Below are positions 27,600 to 35,994 of a stretch of DNA of 64,000 bases, in pieces; position 1 is the first letter of the stretch, and each line of letters starts with the position of its first letter. Under the pieces are notes generated by a model. The model was not told the origin of the DNA, did no database searches, and worked only from the letters and a program-made list of their open reading frames with translations. The stretch spans positions 12,109 to 76,108 of the forward strand of contig JAAVHZ010000055.1 in the NCBI GenBank assembly GCA_014799465.1. Reading direction: 5' to 3'. This stretch comes from Lachnospiraceae bacterium (GTDB lineage Bacteria; Bacillota; Clostridia; Lachnospirales; Lachnospiraceae). Both the position numbers and the translations under genes were made by a program.

Positions 27600-28172
27600 A
27601 TGAAAGGCATGATGAGAATGGAAAAAGACAGAACACCAAAGCCGGGCAAAATATATAAACATTTTAAGAATAAGCTTTATCAGGTGATTGCGGTTGCCAT
27701 ACATTCTGAAACGGGTGAAAAAATGGTTGTATACCAAAGACTGTATGATGATTATTCAGTCTATGTAAGACCATATGATATGTTCGTGAGTGAGGTAGAC
27801 CATGTTAAATATCCGGAAGTAACGCAGAAATACAGGTTTGAGGTATGGAAACCTGAAGATTCAGAGCAAAATGTAGCAAAAAGCGTAGTACCGGATACTC
27901 CGTCAGAGGATGTGAAGCAGGACGTCCAAAGTTCAGATAATGATATTGAGGGATGTAATCCTGATCTTCTGACATTTTTAGAAGCGGATACTTATGAAGA
28001 AAAGCGAAATATACTGGTAGGCTTAAGAAAACGTTTAGATGACAGACTTATAAATGATATTGCCGCTTCACTTGATGTGACAGTGGATGATGGTGATTTG
28101 GATATGAGATATAAAAGTCTTATGAATTGCCTTGATACCATGACAAAGTTTGAATGTAACAGATTTAGATAA
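27600..28172 (+). CDS. DUF1653-like domain protein
   Basis: N-terminal YKHFKNKLYQVIAVAIHSETGEKMVVYQRLY pattern, acidic C-terminal half. Confidence 0.55.
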   Translation: MKGMMRMEKDRTPKPGKIYKHFKNKLYQVIAVAIHSETGEKMVVYQRLYDDYSVYVRPYDMFVSEVDHVKYPEVTQKYRFEVWKPEDSEQNVAKSVVPDTPSEDVKQDVQSSDNDIEGCNPDLLTFLEADTYEEKRNILVGLRKRLDDRLINDIAASLDVTVDDGDLDMRYKSLMNCLDTMTKFECNRFR

Positions 28173-28200
28173 AAAAGACAGCAAAACAGATTTTAATTTA

Positions 28201-28242
28201 CCCCATGTCAGACCGATATAGATAAGGTCTGGTGGGGTTTTT
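28201..28242 (+). terminator. Rho-independent terminator
   Basis: Stem CCCCATGTCAGACC / GGTCTGGTGGGG followed by T5. Confidence 0.7.
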
Positions 28243-28270
28243 GTATGTATGATTTTTAGTAGTAGTAATT

Positions 28271-28314
28271 AAAAAGTCTGGAAAAACGATGTAATCGGAT
28301 TACCAGACTTTTTT
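28271..28314. terminator. Bidirectional terminator (serves the minus-strand carbamate-kinase-like gene)
   Basis: AAAAAGTCTGG ... CCAGACTTTTTT: a 7-bp stem flanked by an A-run and a T-run. Confidence 0.6.
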
Positions 28315-28336
28315 AATATTATAAAGTACTTAATAT

Positions 28337-29281
28337 TTATTTTGTAATAATAGTACCTGATTTACCAAGAATTCCTTCTTTTGCTTTATCAAGTCTTGTT
28401 ATTATGGAACGGCGGTTTTCACCGGCAGCCACAAAGTTTATGGAAGCTTCCATTTTTGGAAGGGAAGTGAGTATATTAAAATACTTGTCTTCAACAAGTT
28501 TTTCAGCTTCTTTAACTGTGATACTGCCAAGAAACTGCTCATTTTCAGTACCTTTATTTATACGGATTCCCTCTTTTGAAGTAAGTATAAGAAGGTCGGT
28601 GGCATCAATCATATCTGCAAGCTTTGCAGCAGTATAGTCTTTTTCTATAACGGCACTGGCACCTTTAAGGCCGGCACTCTGGTCAAGTACAGGTATTCCG
28701 CCGCCACCTGCTGCTATTACAAGCTGTCCGGCATCCACAAGGGTTTTAATGGTATCAATCTCATAGATATCTATAGGCTTAGGTGATGCTATAATACGTC
28801 TGTATCCTTTGCCGTTTTCGGATTCTTCATATGTAACATAGTTGCCTTTCTGTTCTTCAAGTTCGGCTTCTTCCTTTGTCATGTATCTTCCGATAACTTT
28901 TGTAGGGTTATGGAATGCAGGGTCAAACGGGTCTACACGTACCTGTGTGATGACTGTTGCTACAGGCTTATATATACCACGGTTGATTAATTCGGTTCGT
29001 ATGGCATTCTGAAGGTCGAATCCTATATATCCCTGACTCATGGCACCACATACTGACATTGGTGCCACCGGGTTTTTAGAATCAAGACGGCTGAATTCGG
29101 TCATAGCCGTCTGTATCATTCCTATCTGTATACCATTACTGTGAGTTATTACCACTTCATATTTTGCTTCAACAAGGTCTGCAATGGCATTTGCGGCTTT
29201 TTTAACATTTTCCTTCTGCTCAGGAAATGTATCGCCAAGGGCATTCCTGCCTATGGCAACAACAACTTTTCTATTTTCCAT
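28337..29281 (-). CDS. Carbamate kinase family protein
   Basis: Amino-acid-kinase blocks VVVAIGRNALG, VITHSNGIQIG, VIAAGGGGIPV. ATG 29281 lies 8 nt after GAGGAAA. The 424-aa track ORF is an upstream read-through extension. Confidence 0.75.
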   Translation of the reverse strand: MENRKVVVAIGRNALGDTFPEQKENVKKAANAIADLVEAKYEVVITHSNGIQIGMIQTAMTEFSRLDSKNPVAPMSVCGAMSQGYIGFDLQNAIRTELINRGIYKPVATVITQVRVDPFDPAFHNPTKVIGRYMTKEEAELEEQKGNYVTYEESENGKGYRRIIASPKPIDIYEIDTIKTLVDAGQLVIAAGGGGIPVLDQSAGLKGASAVIEKDYTAAKLADMIDATDLLILTSKEGIRINKGTENEQFLGSITVKEAEKLVEDKYFNILTSLPKMEASINFVAAGENRRSIITRLDKAKEGILGKSGTIITK

Positions 29282-29429
29282 AATTTGTTTCCTCATTTCA
29301 TATGATAGTATTATATTAAAGATTATAATAGATATGGGACAAAAAAACAATGATGTTTTTGTATTGAATAACAATAGAAAATGTGATAGTATTTTTTCAT
29401 TGATAAGTAATGAAAGGTTGGTAAATATT

Positions 29430-30464
29430 ATGAATATAGTAGTATTGGCAGGCGGAATAAGTACGGAGAGAGATGTTTCACTCATATCGGGAAAAAATAT
29501 ATATGCAGCACTGAAAGAAAAGGGACAGAATGCAATTCTTATAGATGTATTTATGGGATATGAAGGGGATATTAACGGAATATTCTCTAAGGATACGGAC
29601 TGGGCAGCCAATATTGAAGATATAAAGTCAGAAAATCCTGATATCAGACAGATAATGGCATCCAGAGGCGGAGATTCAAAGTCTTATTTCGGACCTAACG
29701 TTATAGATATATGCGGCAATGCAGATATTGTATTTATGGCACTTCATGGAGAGGATGGAGAAAATGGAAAGGTTCAGGCAGCATTTGACCTTATGGGCAT
29801 AAAGTACACTGGTACAGATTATGTAAGTGCAGCACTTTCAATGGATAAGAGCATTTCCAAAGATATGTTTGCACGATACGATATACCGACACCAATAGGA
29901 ATAAAGCTTGAAAATGAAAATGATATGGCGGAATCTATACAGTTTCCAAAGGTGGTGAAAGCTGCAAACGGCGGTTCCAGTGTAGGAGTGTACATAACCA
30001 ATAATATTGAAGAATATAAAAAGGCAGTTAAAGAGGCTTTTTCATATGATAATACAGTTATAGTTGAGGAATATGTAAAAGGAAGGGAGTTTTCTGTAGG
30101 GGTAATTGAAGGCAGAGCAATTCCAATTATAGAAATTATTCCTAAAACGGGTTTTTATGATTATAAAAATAAGTATCAGCCGGGAAATACCGAGGAAATA
30201 TGTCCTGCAGAACTTCCAAAAGAGAATGAGGAAGAAATGAAGAATACGGCAGAAAAAGTATTCAAGGCATTAAGGTTGAAAACTTATGCAAGAGTGGATT
30301 TTCTTATGAAAGATACGGATAATTCTATATACTGCCTTGAAGCTAATACGCTGCCGGGAATGACACCTATGTCACTTATACCACAGGAGGCGGCAGCAGA
30401 AGGTATTAACTACCCTGATTTGTGTATGAAAATAATAGATATATCAATGAAGAAGTATGAGTAA
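29430..30464 (+). CDS. ddl: D-alanine--D-alanine ligase
   Basis: MNIVVLAGGISTERDVSL, HGEDGENGKVQ, ATP-grasp C-terminus LEANTLPGMT. ATG 29430 is preferred; the track ORF starts earlier in non-coding sequence. Confidence 0.9.
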   Translation: MNIVVLAGGISTERDVSLISGKNIYAALKEKGQNAILIDVFMGYEGDINGIFSKDTDWAANIEDIKSENPDIRQIMASRGGDSKSYFGPNVIDICGNADIVFMALHGEDGENGKVQAAFDLMGIKYTGTDYVSAALSMDKSISKDMFARYDIPTPIGIKLENENDMAESIQFPKVVKAANGGSSVGVYITNNIEEYKKAVKEAFSYDNTVIVEEYVKGREFSVGVIEGRAIPIIEIIPKTGFYDYKNKYQPGNTEEICPAELPKENEEEMKNTAEKVFKALRLKTYARVDFLMKDTDNSIYCLEANTLPGMTPMSLIPQEAAAEGINYPDLCMKIIDISMKKYE

Positions 30465-30474
30465 AAGATAACTA

Positions 30475-31674
30475 ATGAAAAATAATAGAAAAATAGTAGT
30501 TCTGCTGATATTAATGATTTTTATTCTGTTTAGCAGCGGTTGTGATTCAAGAAAGCAGCGTGAAATAAATAAATCTAATATTAAAGGAGCTAAAGCCAAT
30601 GCTGCAAATTATATAAAAGAGAAATATGGATTTGAGGCAACTGTTAAAACTGCAATATTAGAACGAAGGGGGATGTGGCTTGGCAGTGAACCGCTTACAA
30701 CCGTACTATTGGAAATGGAATATTGTGGCAAAATATTTAATGTGTATATTGATGGCAGCTATGATAACACTGATGGTATGGATAATTATCAGACAGATGA
30801 AATAAAATCTGCACTAAAAGAATTAGCTGATGATACTGTTTCAGGTGTCAGGGATGTATGGATTGACAGCGGGGATAATGCTAGTGCTTCAAAAGGTGAT
30901 ATTCATATCTTCGCTAGAAATATGTTTAGTGATTATTATGATGGAACAAATCTGTTTGAAATGATTTCAGAGCACAATACAGAAATAGTTTTTGAGTATG
31001 TTCAAACCGACGTATATAAAAATGATGACTGGTCAGCTTGGGATGGTTTAGTTGAAAATAATGTTGATATGTCCGTAAAGTTTATTTCATATCGTTCGCA
31101 GGAGGCTCTTGAAAATGGAATAATCAGAGTAGAAGAACGTTATGCTGTTTATATTGATAATTATTGCAGCCTGTATAATGAAGGACCAAATATTTATAAA
31201 GACTCACCTACATATGTAGTTGAAACAAATAATTATGTATTACATGAAACAAATGGATTTTACTACTATGTTGTGGGAAATGAAAATGAAAATGTAAAAA
31301 TTACTGAAATAGAACCATATGATTTATCACTGTGGGATTCTGACAGGGTGAAGAAGGTTGTCTCACCTGCATTTTTAGTTAAGGCAGATAAAGAATGTGA
31401 AATTTATATTTTTTATCCTATTTCAGCTATTGATGCATATAATACTGATTATACTGACCAAGCAGTAGCAGTATGTTATCGAAATGACGGAGAAACAGAA
31501 TATAGAGACTTTTCTTTAATTGATAGTGTAATGTGTGAGGAATACTCAGTATCAAGACATTGTCTGGAAGGAGAGGACGATTTTTTCTATTTTATGTATA
31601 CACAAGGAATAGTTGAACAGGATTTTGAACCGGAAGGATTTTTCAAATTTTTTAAGGCATGGTATAGATTATAA
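30475..31674 (+). CDS. Lipoprotein of unknown function
   Basis: Signal peptide with lipobox LFSSGC; 399 aa, acidic and aromatic-rich; no motif recognised. Confidence 0.65.
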   Translation: MKNNRKIVVLLILMIFILFSSGCDSRKQREINKSNIKGAKANAANYIKEKYGFEATVKTAILERRGMWLGSEPLTTVLLEMEYCGKIFNVYIDGSYDNTDGMDNYQTDEIKSALKELADDTVSGVRDVWIDSGDNASASKGDIHIFARNMFSDYYDGTNLFEMISEHNTEIVFEYVQTDVYKNDDWSAWDGLVENNVDMSVKFISYRSQEALENGIIRVEERYAVYIDNYCSLYNEGPNIYKDSPTYVVETNNYVLHETNGFYYYVVGNENENVKITEIEPYDLSLWDSDRVKKVVSPAFLVKADKECEIYIFYPISAIDAYNTDYTDQAVAVCYRNDGETEYRDFSLIDSVMCEEYSVSRHCLEGEDDFFYFMYTQGIVEQDFEPEGFFKFFKAWYRL

Positions 31675-31733
31675 AATTCTTAGGAAATCAATAGAATAGT
31701 CAATTAATACAGAAATTAAGGAGGAATCTTCTT

Positions 31734-34700
31734 ATGGAAAGAAAAAAATTGTTAAGGGAAATAAGTTATGTTATGTTCCTTTTAGCTGCCATAGTTATCC
31801 TGTTTTTCTGGTATACAACGCAGAACAGCAGCCGGATGGAAGAACGTAACAAAAATTATGCAGCAGATTCGGCAAGTTTAAAGGCTGCACAGATAGATGA
31901 TGAACTAAATAATGCAAAGAGTTGTATTAATGCTTTTGCATATTTTGTGGGAAATGGTCTGACTGAGCCGGTAATCAATGCAGATATGCTTAAAGAAATA
32001 GAAGAAAATACTCAGTTTGATGCGGTGATATTTACTGACAGTGAAGGTAATGATTATGCTTCTGACGGGCGGGTTTCTGATGTAACCGATAGAAATTTCT
32101 ATATTAATGGAATAAAGGGAGAAAATAGTATATCAATAATATATGATCCATACTTTTTTGATGAAACAATGGCATGTTTTTATGCACCGGTTCGCTTTAA
32201 TGGTGAAATTATAGGTGTATTGAGAGGGGGATATCTGGCAGAAGAATATCTTAAAGATATGCTTAACACTACATATTTTGGCAAGGAAGCAGATGTGTTT
32301 TTATGTACGCCTGATGGTATGGTAATTGCCAGTTCTAATGGTAATGAGTATGAAGAAAATCTGATTGATGAGATGGTGAAAACCAATATCATCGATAAAG
32401 ATACAGCAGCTGATGCAAAAGGTGTATTTGAAAATGGTGGTAATGGAGCTTTTGTCTGCGGCTCAGGTAGTAAAACCGATAATATCTGTGTTATGTATCT
32501 GCCGGAGAATGACTACGTTCTGGTACAGACATTTCCAAAGAATGTTACACAGAGAATGATAATGGACGAGAATCTGGTGGGAATCCGTCTTGAAGTATTG
32601 CTGATTTTACTTTTTGTTATATACATAATTACTCTCCTTATCAGGGCAGGCCGCAGAAAGAAAATGTTAGAGCAGGAAAATCGTGAAATGGGATATATTA
32701 TAGATGGAGTTAATACATTATTTTCACGTTTTGCCATGGTGGATTTTGAAACGGATACGTATCAATATCTTGCCGGAACAATGCCGGAAAATGCCGGACT
32801 TGCAGTTAGTGGCAGTTATAAAGATTTGTCGAAATATCTCTGTTCAATTATGATAGAAGACAGTGAGCGGCAGGAACTTGCCGGGTTTATTGAAAAGAAC
32901 TCGGTAATCAAGTCATTAGAGGAATGTAATGATTTGCGTCTTGAGTGTCATGTGAAGCGAAAAGACCATGCAGAATGGGAACACTTTAATATTATATGTC
33001 TGGAAAGAAAGGACGGTAAAGCAGTTAAAGTGTTGTTTGTTCGTCAGAATATTACTGAAGTAAAAGAGAAAGAATTTCAAATTCAGGCAGAAATGTCACT
33101 TGCAGACCGAAAGGAAAGGCAGTATAAGATAGCGATTACATCTAATGCATTTTCTACATTTGAGTTTAATTTAACTAAAGATTCTATTGAGCAGGATATA
33201 GTAGGTGTGATACATGGTAAACAGATATCATTACTTGAAAGAGCAGGATTGAAAGCACCATGTAAAGCATCTGAATGTTTTGAAAAATGGAAGCATTTTG
33301 TTTTAGATGAATCTATGGAGGATTATTCCGGTACAGTAAATATAGAGTATTTAAAGAAACGTTTTCAGCAGGGGGATACAGAAGTAACTATTGATTACTG
33401 GGTATGTGATTTGCCAGAAGAACATATGTGTGTACGTCAGTCATTTGTTATGACACGGGATTATGACTCAAATGATATTATGGTCATGGTTGTATCTAAG
33501 GAGATTACAGAGCAGGTAAGGAAACAGAGGGAACAGACGCAGGCACTTCAGGATGCACTTATGCAGGCACAACATGCAAACAGGGCAAAGACTACATTTC
33601 TTTCAAATATGTCCCATGATATCCGTACACCGATGAATGCAATTATAGGATTTACGACGATTGCAGTCAGCCATATTGATAACAAGGATCAGGTTGAGGA
33701 CTGCCTTCATAAGGTTCTTTCTTCCAGTAACCATTTGTTAAGCCTGATTAATGACATTCTTGATATGAGCAGAATCGAAAGCGGAAAGGTGCAGATTAAG
33801 GAGCAGGAGTGTAACATTTCAGAGATTATACACAATCTGGTTAATATTATACAGCCGCAGGTAAAGGCAAAGCAGCTTGAATTGTTTATTGATACTTTTG
33901 AAGTTGCAAATGAAGATGTAATAGCGGATCCGCTAAAATTAAATCAGGTATTTATTAACCTGTTAAGTAATGCAGTGAAATATACGCCTGCCGGAGGAAC
34001 CATTACTTTCCGTATTATTCAGAAGACAACATTCCGTCATGGATATGGTGATTTTACATTTATAATAAAGGATAATGGTATCGGCATGTCATCGGAATTT
34101 GTAAAGCATATTTTTGAGCCATTTGAGCGGGAATCCACAACTACCATAAACGGTATTCAGGGAACAGGGCTTGGCATGGCGATTACGAAAAATATTGTTG
34201 AAATGATGAATGGTACAATAAGTGTTGAAAGTGAAGTGGGTAAAGGAAGTGTATTCACTGTAGAGTTTAGTCTGAAACTGCAGGATACTGAAAAGAATGC
34301 ACAAGAAATCAAAGAACTTGAAGGACTGAGAGCTTTGGTTGTTGATGATGATTTTAACACATGTGACAGTGTAAGTAAAATGCTGAAACAAATCGGTATG
34401 AATCCAGAATGGACAACTTCCGGAAGGGAAGCAATATATCGTGCAAAAAGTGCATATGAAGAAGGAGATCCTTATCATACATATATTATTGACTGGCAGA
34501 TGCCGGAGACCAGCGGATTGGAAACTACAAGAAAAATCCGCAACGCAGTCGGAAATGATGCACCTATTATAATTTTAACAGCATATGACTGGACGGATAT
34601 TGAGGAAGAGGCACAAGCAGCAGGTGTTACGGCATTTTGTGCAAAACCACTGTTTATGTCTGATCTAAAATCAGTACTGCTTGCATCCAATAATCTTATT

Positions 34701-35123
34701 GATAAGAAGGTAGAAGTTGCAGAATGGACTTTGGCTGATTTCAGCGGAAAGCGTATCTTACTCGTAGAAGATATTGAATTAAACCGCGAGATTGCAGAAG
34801 TTATATTAACGGAATCTGGTTTCGTTGTAGAAACGGCACCAGACGGAACAGATGCTGTTGCAATGGTAGAAAAATCAGATGAAAACTATTATGATGCGAT
34901 TTTGATGGATGTGCAGATGCCTATTATGAATGGATATGAAGCAACACGCACAATCAGAAATATGCCAAGAAATGATGTTAAGGACTTACCGATTATTGCC
35001 ATGACGGCTAATGCATTAGAAGAGGATAAGGAAGCAGCATTAAAGAATGGAATGAATGCACATATTTCAAAACCACTTGATATGGATATTTTCATATCGG
35101 TACTTAAAAAATTTATTAATTAG
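31734..35123 (+). CDS. Membrane hybrid sensor histidine kinase (extracytoplasmic Cache-like domain, HisKA, HATPase, two receivers)
   Basis: TM, an approx. 250-aa extracytoplasmic domain, TM. H-box FLSNMSHDIRTPMN; DNGIGM, GTGLGM; receivers YIIDWQMPETSG and ILMDVQMPIMNG. The kinase core is a clear paralogue of 6028-9183. Confidence 0.9.
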   Translation: MERKKLLREISYVMFLLAAIVILFFWYTTQNSSRMEERNKNYAADSASLKAAQIDDELNNAKSCINAFAYFVGNGLTEPVINADMLKEIEENTQFDAVIFTDSEGNDYASDGRVSDVTDRNFYINGIKGENSISIIYDPYFFDETMACFYAPVRFNGEIIGVLRGGYLAEEYLKDMLNTTYFGKEADVFLCTPDGMVIASSNGNEYEENLIDEMVKTNIIDKDTAADAKGVFENGGNGAFVCGSGSKTDNICVMYLPENDYVLVQTFPKNVTQRMIMDENLVGIRLEVLLILLFVIYIITLLIRAGRRKKMLEQENREMGYIIDGVNTLFSRFAMVDFETDTYQYLAGTMPENAGLAVSGSYKDLSKYLCSIMIEDSERQELAGFIEKNSVIKSLEECNDLRLECHVKRKDHAEWEHFNIICLERKDGKAVKVLFVRQNITEVKEKEFQIQAEMSLADRKERQYKIAITSNAFSTFEFNLTKDSIEQDIVGVIHGKQISLLERAGLKAPCKASECFEKWKHFVLDESMEDYSGTVNIEYLKKRFQQGDTEVTIDYWVCDLPEEHMCVRQSFVMTRDYDSNDIMVMVVSKEITEQVRKQREQTQALQDALMQAQHANRAKTTFLSNMSHDIRTPMNAIIGFTTIAVSHIDNKDQVEDCLHKVLSSSNHLLSLINDILDMSRIESGKVQIKEQECNISEIIHNLVNIIQPQVKAKQLELFIDTFEVANEDVIADPLKLNQVFINLLSNAVKYTPAGGTITFRIIQKTTFRHGYGDFTFIIKDNGIGMSSEFVKHIFEPFERESTTTINGIQGTGLGMAITKNIVEMMNGTISVESEVGKGSVFTVEFSLKLQDTEKNAQEIKELEGLRALVVDDDFNTCDSVSKMLKQIGMNPEWTTSGREAIYRAKSAYEEGDPYHTYIIDWQMPETSGLETTRKIRNAVGNDAPIIILTAYDWTDIEEEAQAAGVTAFCAKPLFMSDLKSVLLASNNLIDKKVEVAEWTLADFSGKRILLVEDIELNREIAEVILTESGFVVETAPDGTDAVAMVEKSDENYYDAILMDVQMPIMNGYEATRTIRNMPRNDVKDLPIIAMTANALEEDKEAALKNGMNAHISKPLDMDIFISVLKKFIN

Positions 35124-35144
35124 CATATTATTATGATTAGATTA

Positions 35145-35178
35145 AAAAAGCGGACAGAAAATATCTGTACCGCTTTTT
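35145..35178 (+). terminator. Rho-independent terminator after the kinase gene
   Basis: AAAAAGCGGACAG ... CTGTACCGCTTTTT (one bulged base). Confidence 0.7.
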
Positions 35179-35193
35179 GTATTTTAAATTGAG

Positions 35194-35310
35194 TTATCCA
35201 CACAAAAAGAATGATTACATATAAAAATATGTCGAATTGTGTAAAAAATAGACACAAAATAATAGAATTTAATAAAAAAATGTGAATAACCATGTGGATA
35301 GTGTGGAAAA
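35194..35310. promoter_or_regulatory. DnaA-box cluster
   Basis: Perfect TTATCCACA (35194-35202), plus three one-mismatch boxes in the opposite orientation: TGTGAATAA (35281-35289), TGTGGATAG (35293-35301), TGTGGAAAA (35302-35310). Confidence 0.55.
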
Positions 35311-35359
35311 AAGTAAAATAAGCATTTGTTTTATTGAGAAATAGTTATCATTTATAATA

Positions 35360-35388
35360 TTGACTAATATGTAAGATTAATGTATTAT
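35360..35388 (+). promoter_or_regulatory. Sigma-A type promoter for the DUF2325-like gene
   Basis: TTGACT (35360-35365), 17-nt spacer, TATTAT (35383-35388). Confidence 0.5.
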
Positions 35389-35475
35389 GATTTTGGGTTA
35401 GCTAAAACTAACTCGATCTATACATAGATACTAAGATAATGAAACTTGGCAGAATAAAAGAAGGGATGAATATAA

Positions 35476-35760
35476 ATGAGCATAGTTATAGTTGGCGGAC
35501 ATGACAGAATGGTATCACAGTATAAAAAGATATGTGAAGAACATAAATGTAAGGCTAAGGTATTTACACAGATGAGCTCGAACTTAAGCACAAAGATTGG
35601 AAAACCTGATTTAGTAATTCTTTTCACTAATACTGTATCACATAAGATGGTAAGATGTGCCATAGTTGAAGCTGAAAAAGCAAATGCAGAAATTGTAAGA
35701 TCTCATACCAGCAGTAAAAGTGCGTTGCAGGAGATACTTAATCAAAGTATAAAAGCGTGA
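35476..35760 (+). CDS. DUF2325-like small protein
   Basis: 94 aa; IVIVGGHDRM ... DLVILFTNTVSHKMV ... SSKSAL pattern; SD AAGAAGGGA. Confidence 0.5.
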   Translation: MSIVIVGGHDRMVSQYKKICEEHKCKAKVFTQMSSNLSTKIGKPDLVILFTNTVSHKMVRCAIVEAEKANAEIVRSHTSSKSALQEILNQSIKA

Positions 35761-35778
35761 GAAGCGTGAGAAGAAAAA

Positions 35779-35850
35779 CTAAGGCTGCAAAATACGCAGC
35801 CTAAGATTTTCTATGTCTCACGCAGAAGAATCGCCTTAGGGCGATTCTTC
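35779..35850 (+). terminator. Two consecutive hairpins downstream of the DUF2325-like gene
   Basis: AGGCTGC/GCAGCCT stem (35782-35802) followed by ATTTTC, then a perfect 11-bp stem GAAGAATCGCC/GGCGATTCTTC (35825-35850). The first hairpin is bracketed by GCGTGAGA (35764-35771) / TCTCACGC (35816-35823). Confidence 0.45.
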
Positions 35851-35872
35851 TTGAGTAATTTGGGGTATTTTT

Positions 35873-35952
35873 AGTGCCAACTTTGTTGGCACTGACGACT
35901 TTGTTGGCACTGACGACTTTGTTGGCACTGACGACTTTGTTGGCACTGATGG
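35873..35952. repeat. Tandem repeat, 18 bp x 4, preceded by a 9-bp hairpin
   Basis: Unit CTTTGTTGGCACTGACGA at 35881, 35899 and 35917 (identical) and at 35935 (16/18). AGTGCCAAC (35873-35881) pairs with GTTGGCACT of the first unit. Confidence 0.85.
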
Positions 35953-35994
35953 GAGTGTGGGAAGGAAATTTTACATTTTTATGTGCGATGGAAT

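Noticed and set aside
28211-28218. ACCGATAT, a SigD -10-like element.
   Set aside because: It sits in the loop of a terminator hairpin, has no TAAA at -35, and has no downstream + strand gene.
28337-30464. Two long overlapping ORFs in the track: 28337-29611 (minus strand, 424 aa) and 29184-30464 (plus strand, 426 aa). They suggest overlapping divergent genes.
   Set aside because: Both N-terminal extensions are low-complexity read-through of the intergenic region. Good SD plus ATG starts at 29281 (minus) and 29430 (plus) give normal-length carbamate kinase and Ddl proteins separated by a 148-nt spacer.
35230-35236. Perfect Spo0A 0A-box TGTCGAA among the DnaA boxes, with another at 25575-25581 upstream of the receiver gene.
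   Set aside because: A 7-mer is expected several times by chance in 64 kb on two strands. There is no second half-site or cluster.
35124-35475. The DnaA-box region read as the chromosomal origin (oriC).
   Set aside because: There is no dnaA, dnaN or rpmH nearby, only four boxes, and no obvious AT-rich unwinding repeat set. A secondary DnaA-box cluster or a regulated promoter is more plausible.
35881-35952. The tandem repeat read as a CRISPR array or as a sigma-54 promoter (it contains TGGCAC).
   Set aside because: The units are directly adjacent with no spacers and no cas genes, so it is not a CRISPR array. TGGCAC is followed by TTTG after 7 nt rather than TTGC after 5 nt, so the -24/-12 spacing does not fit.
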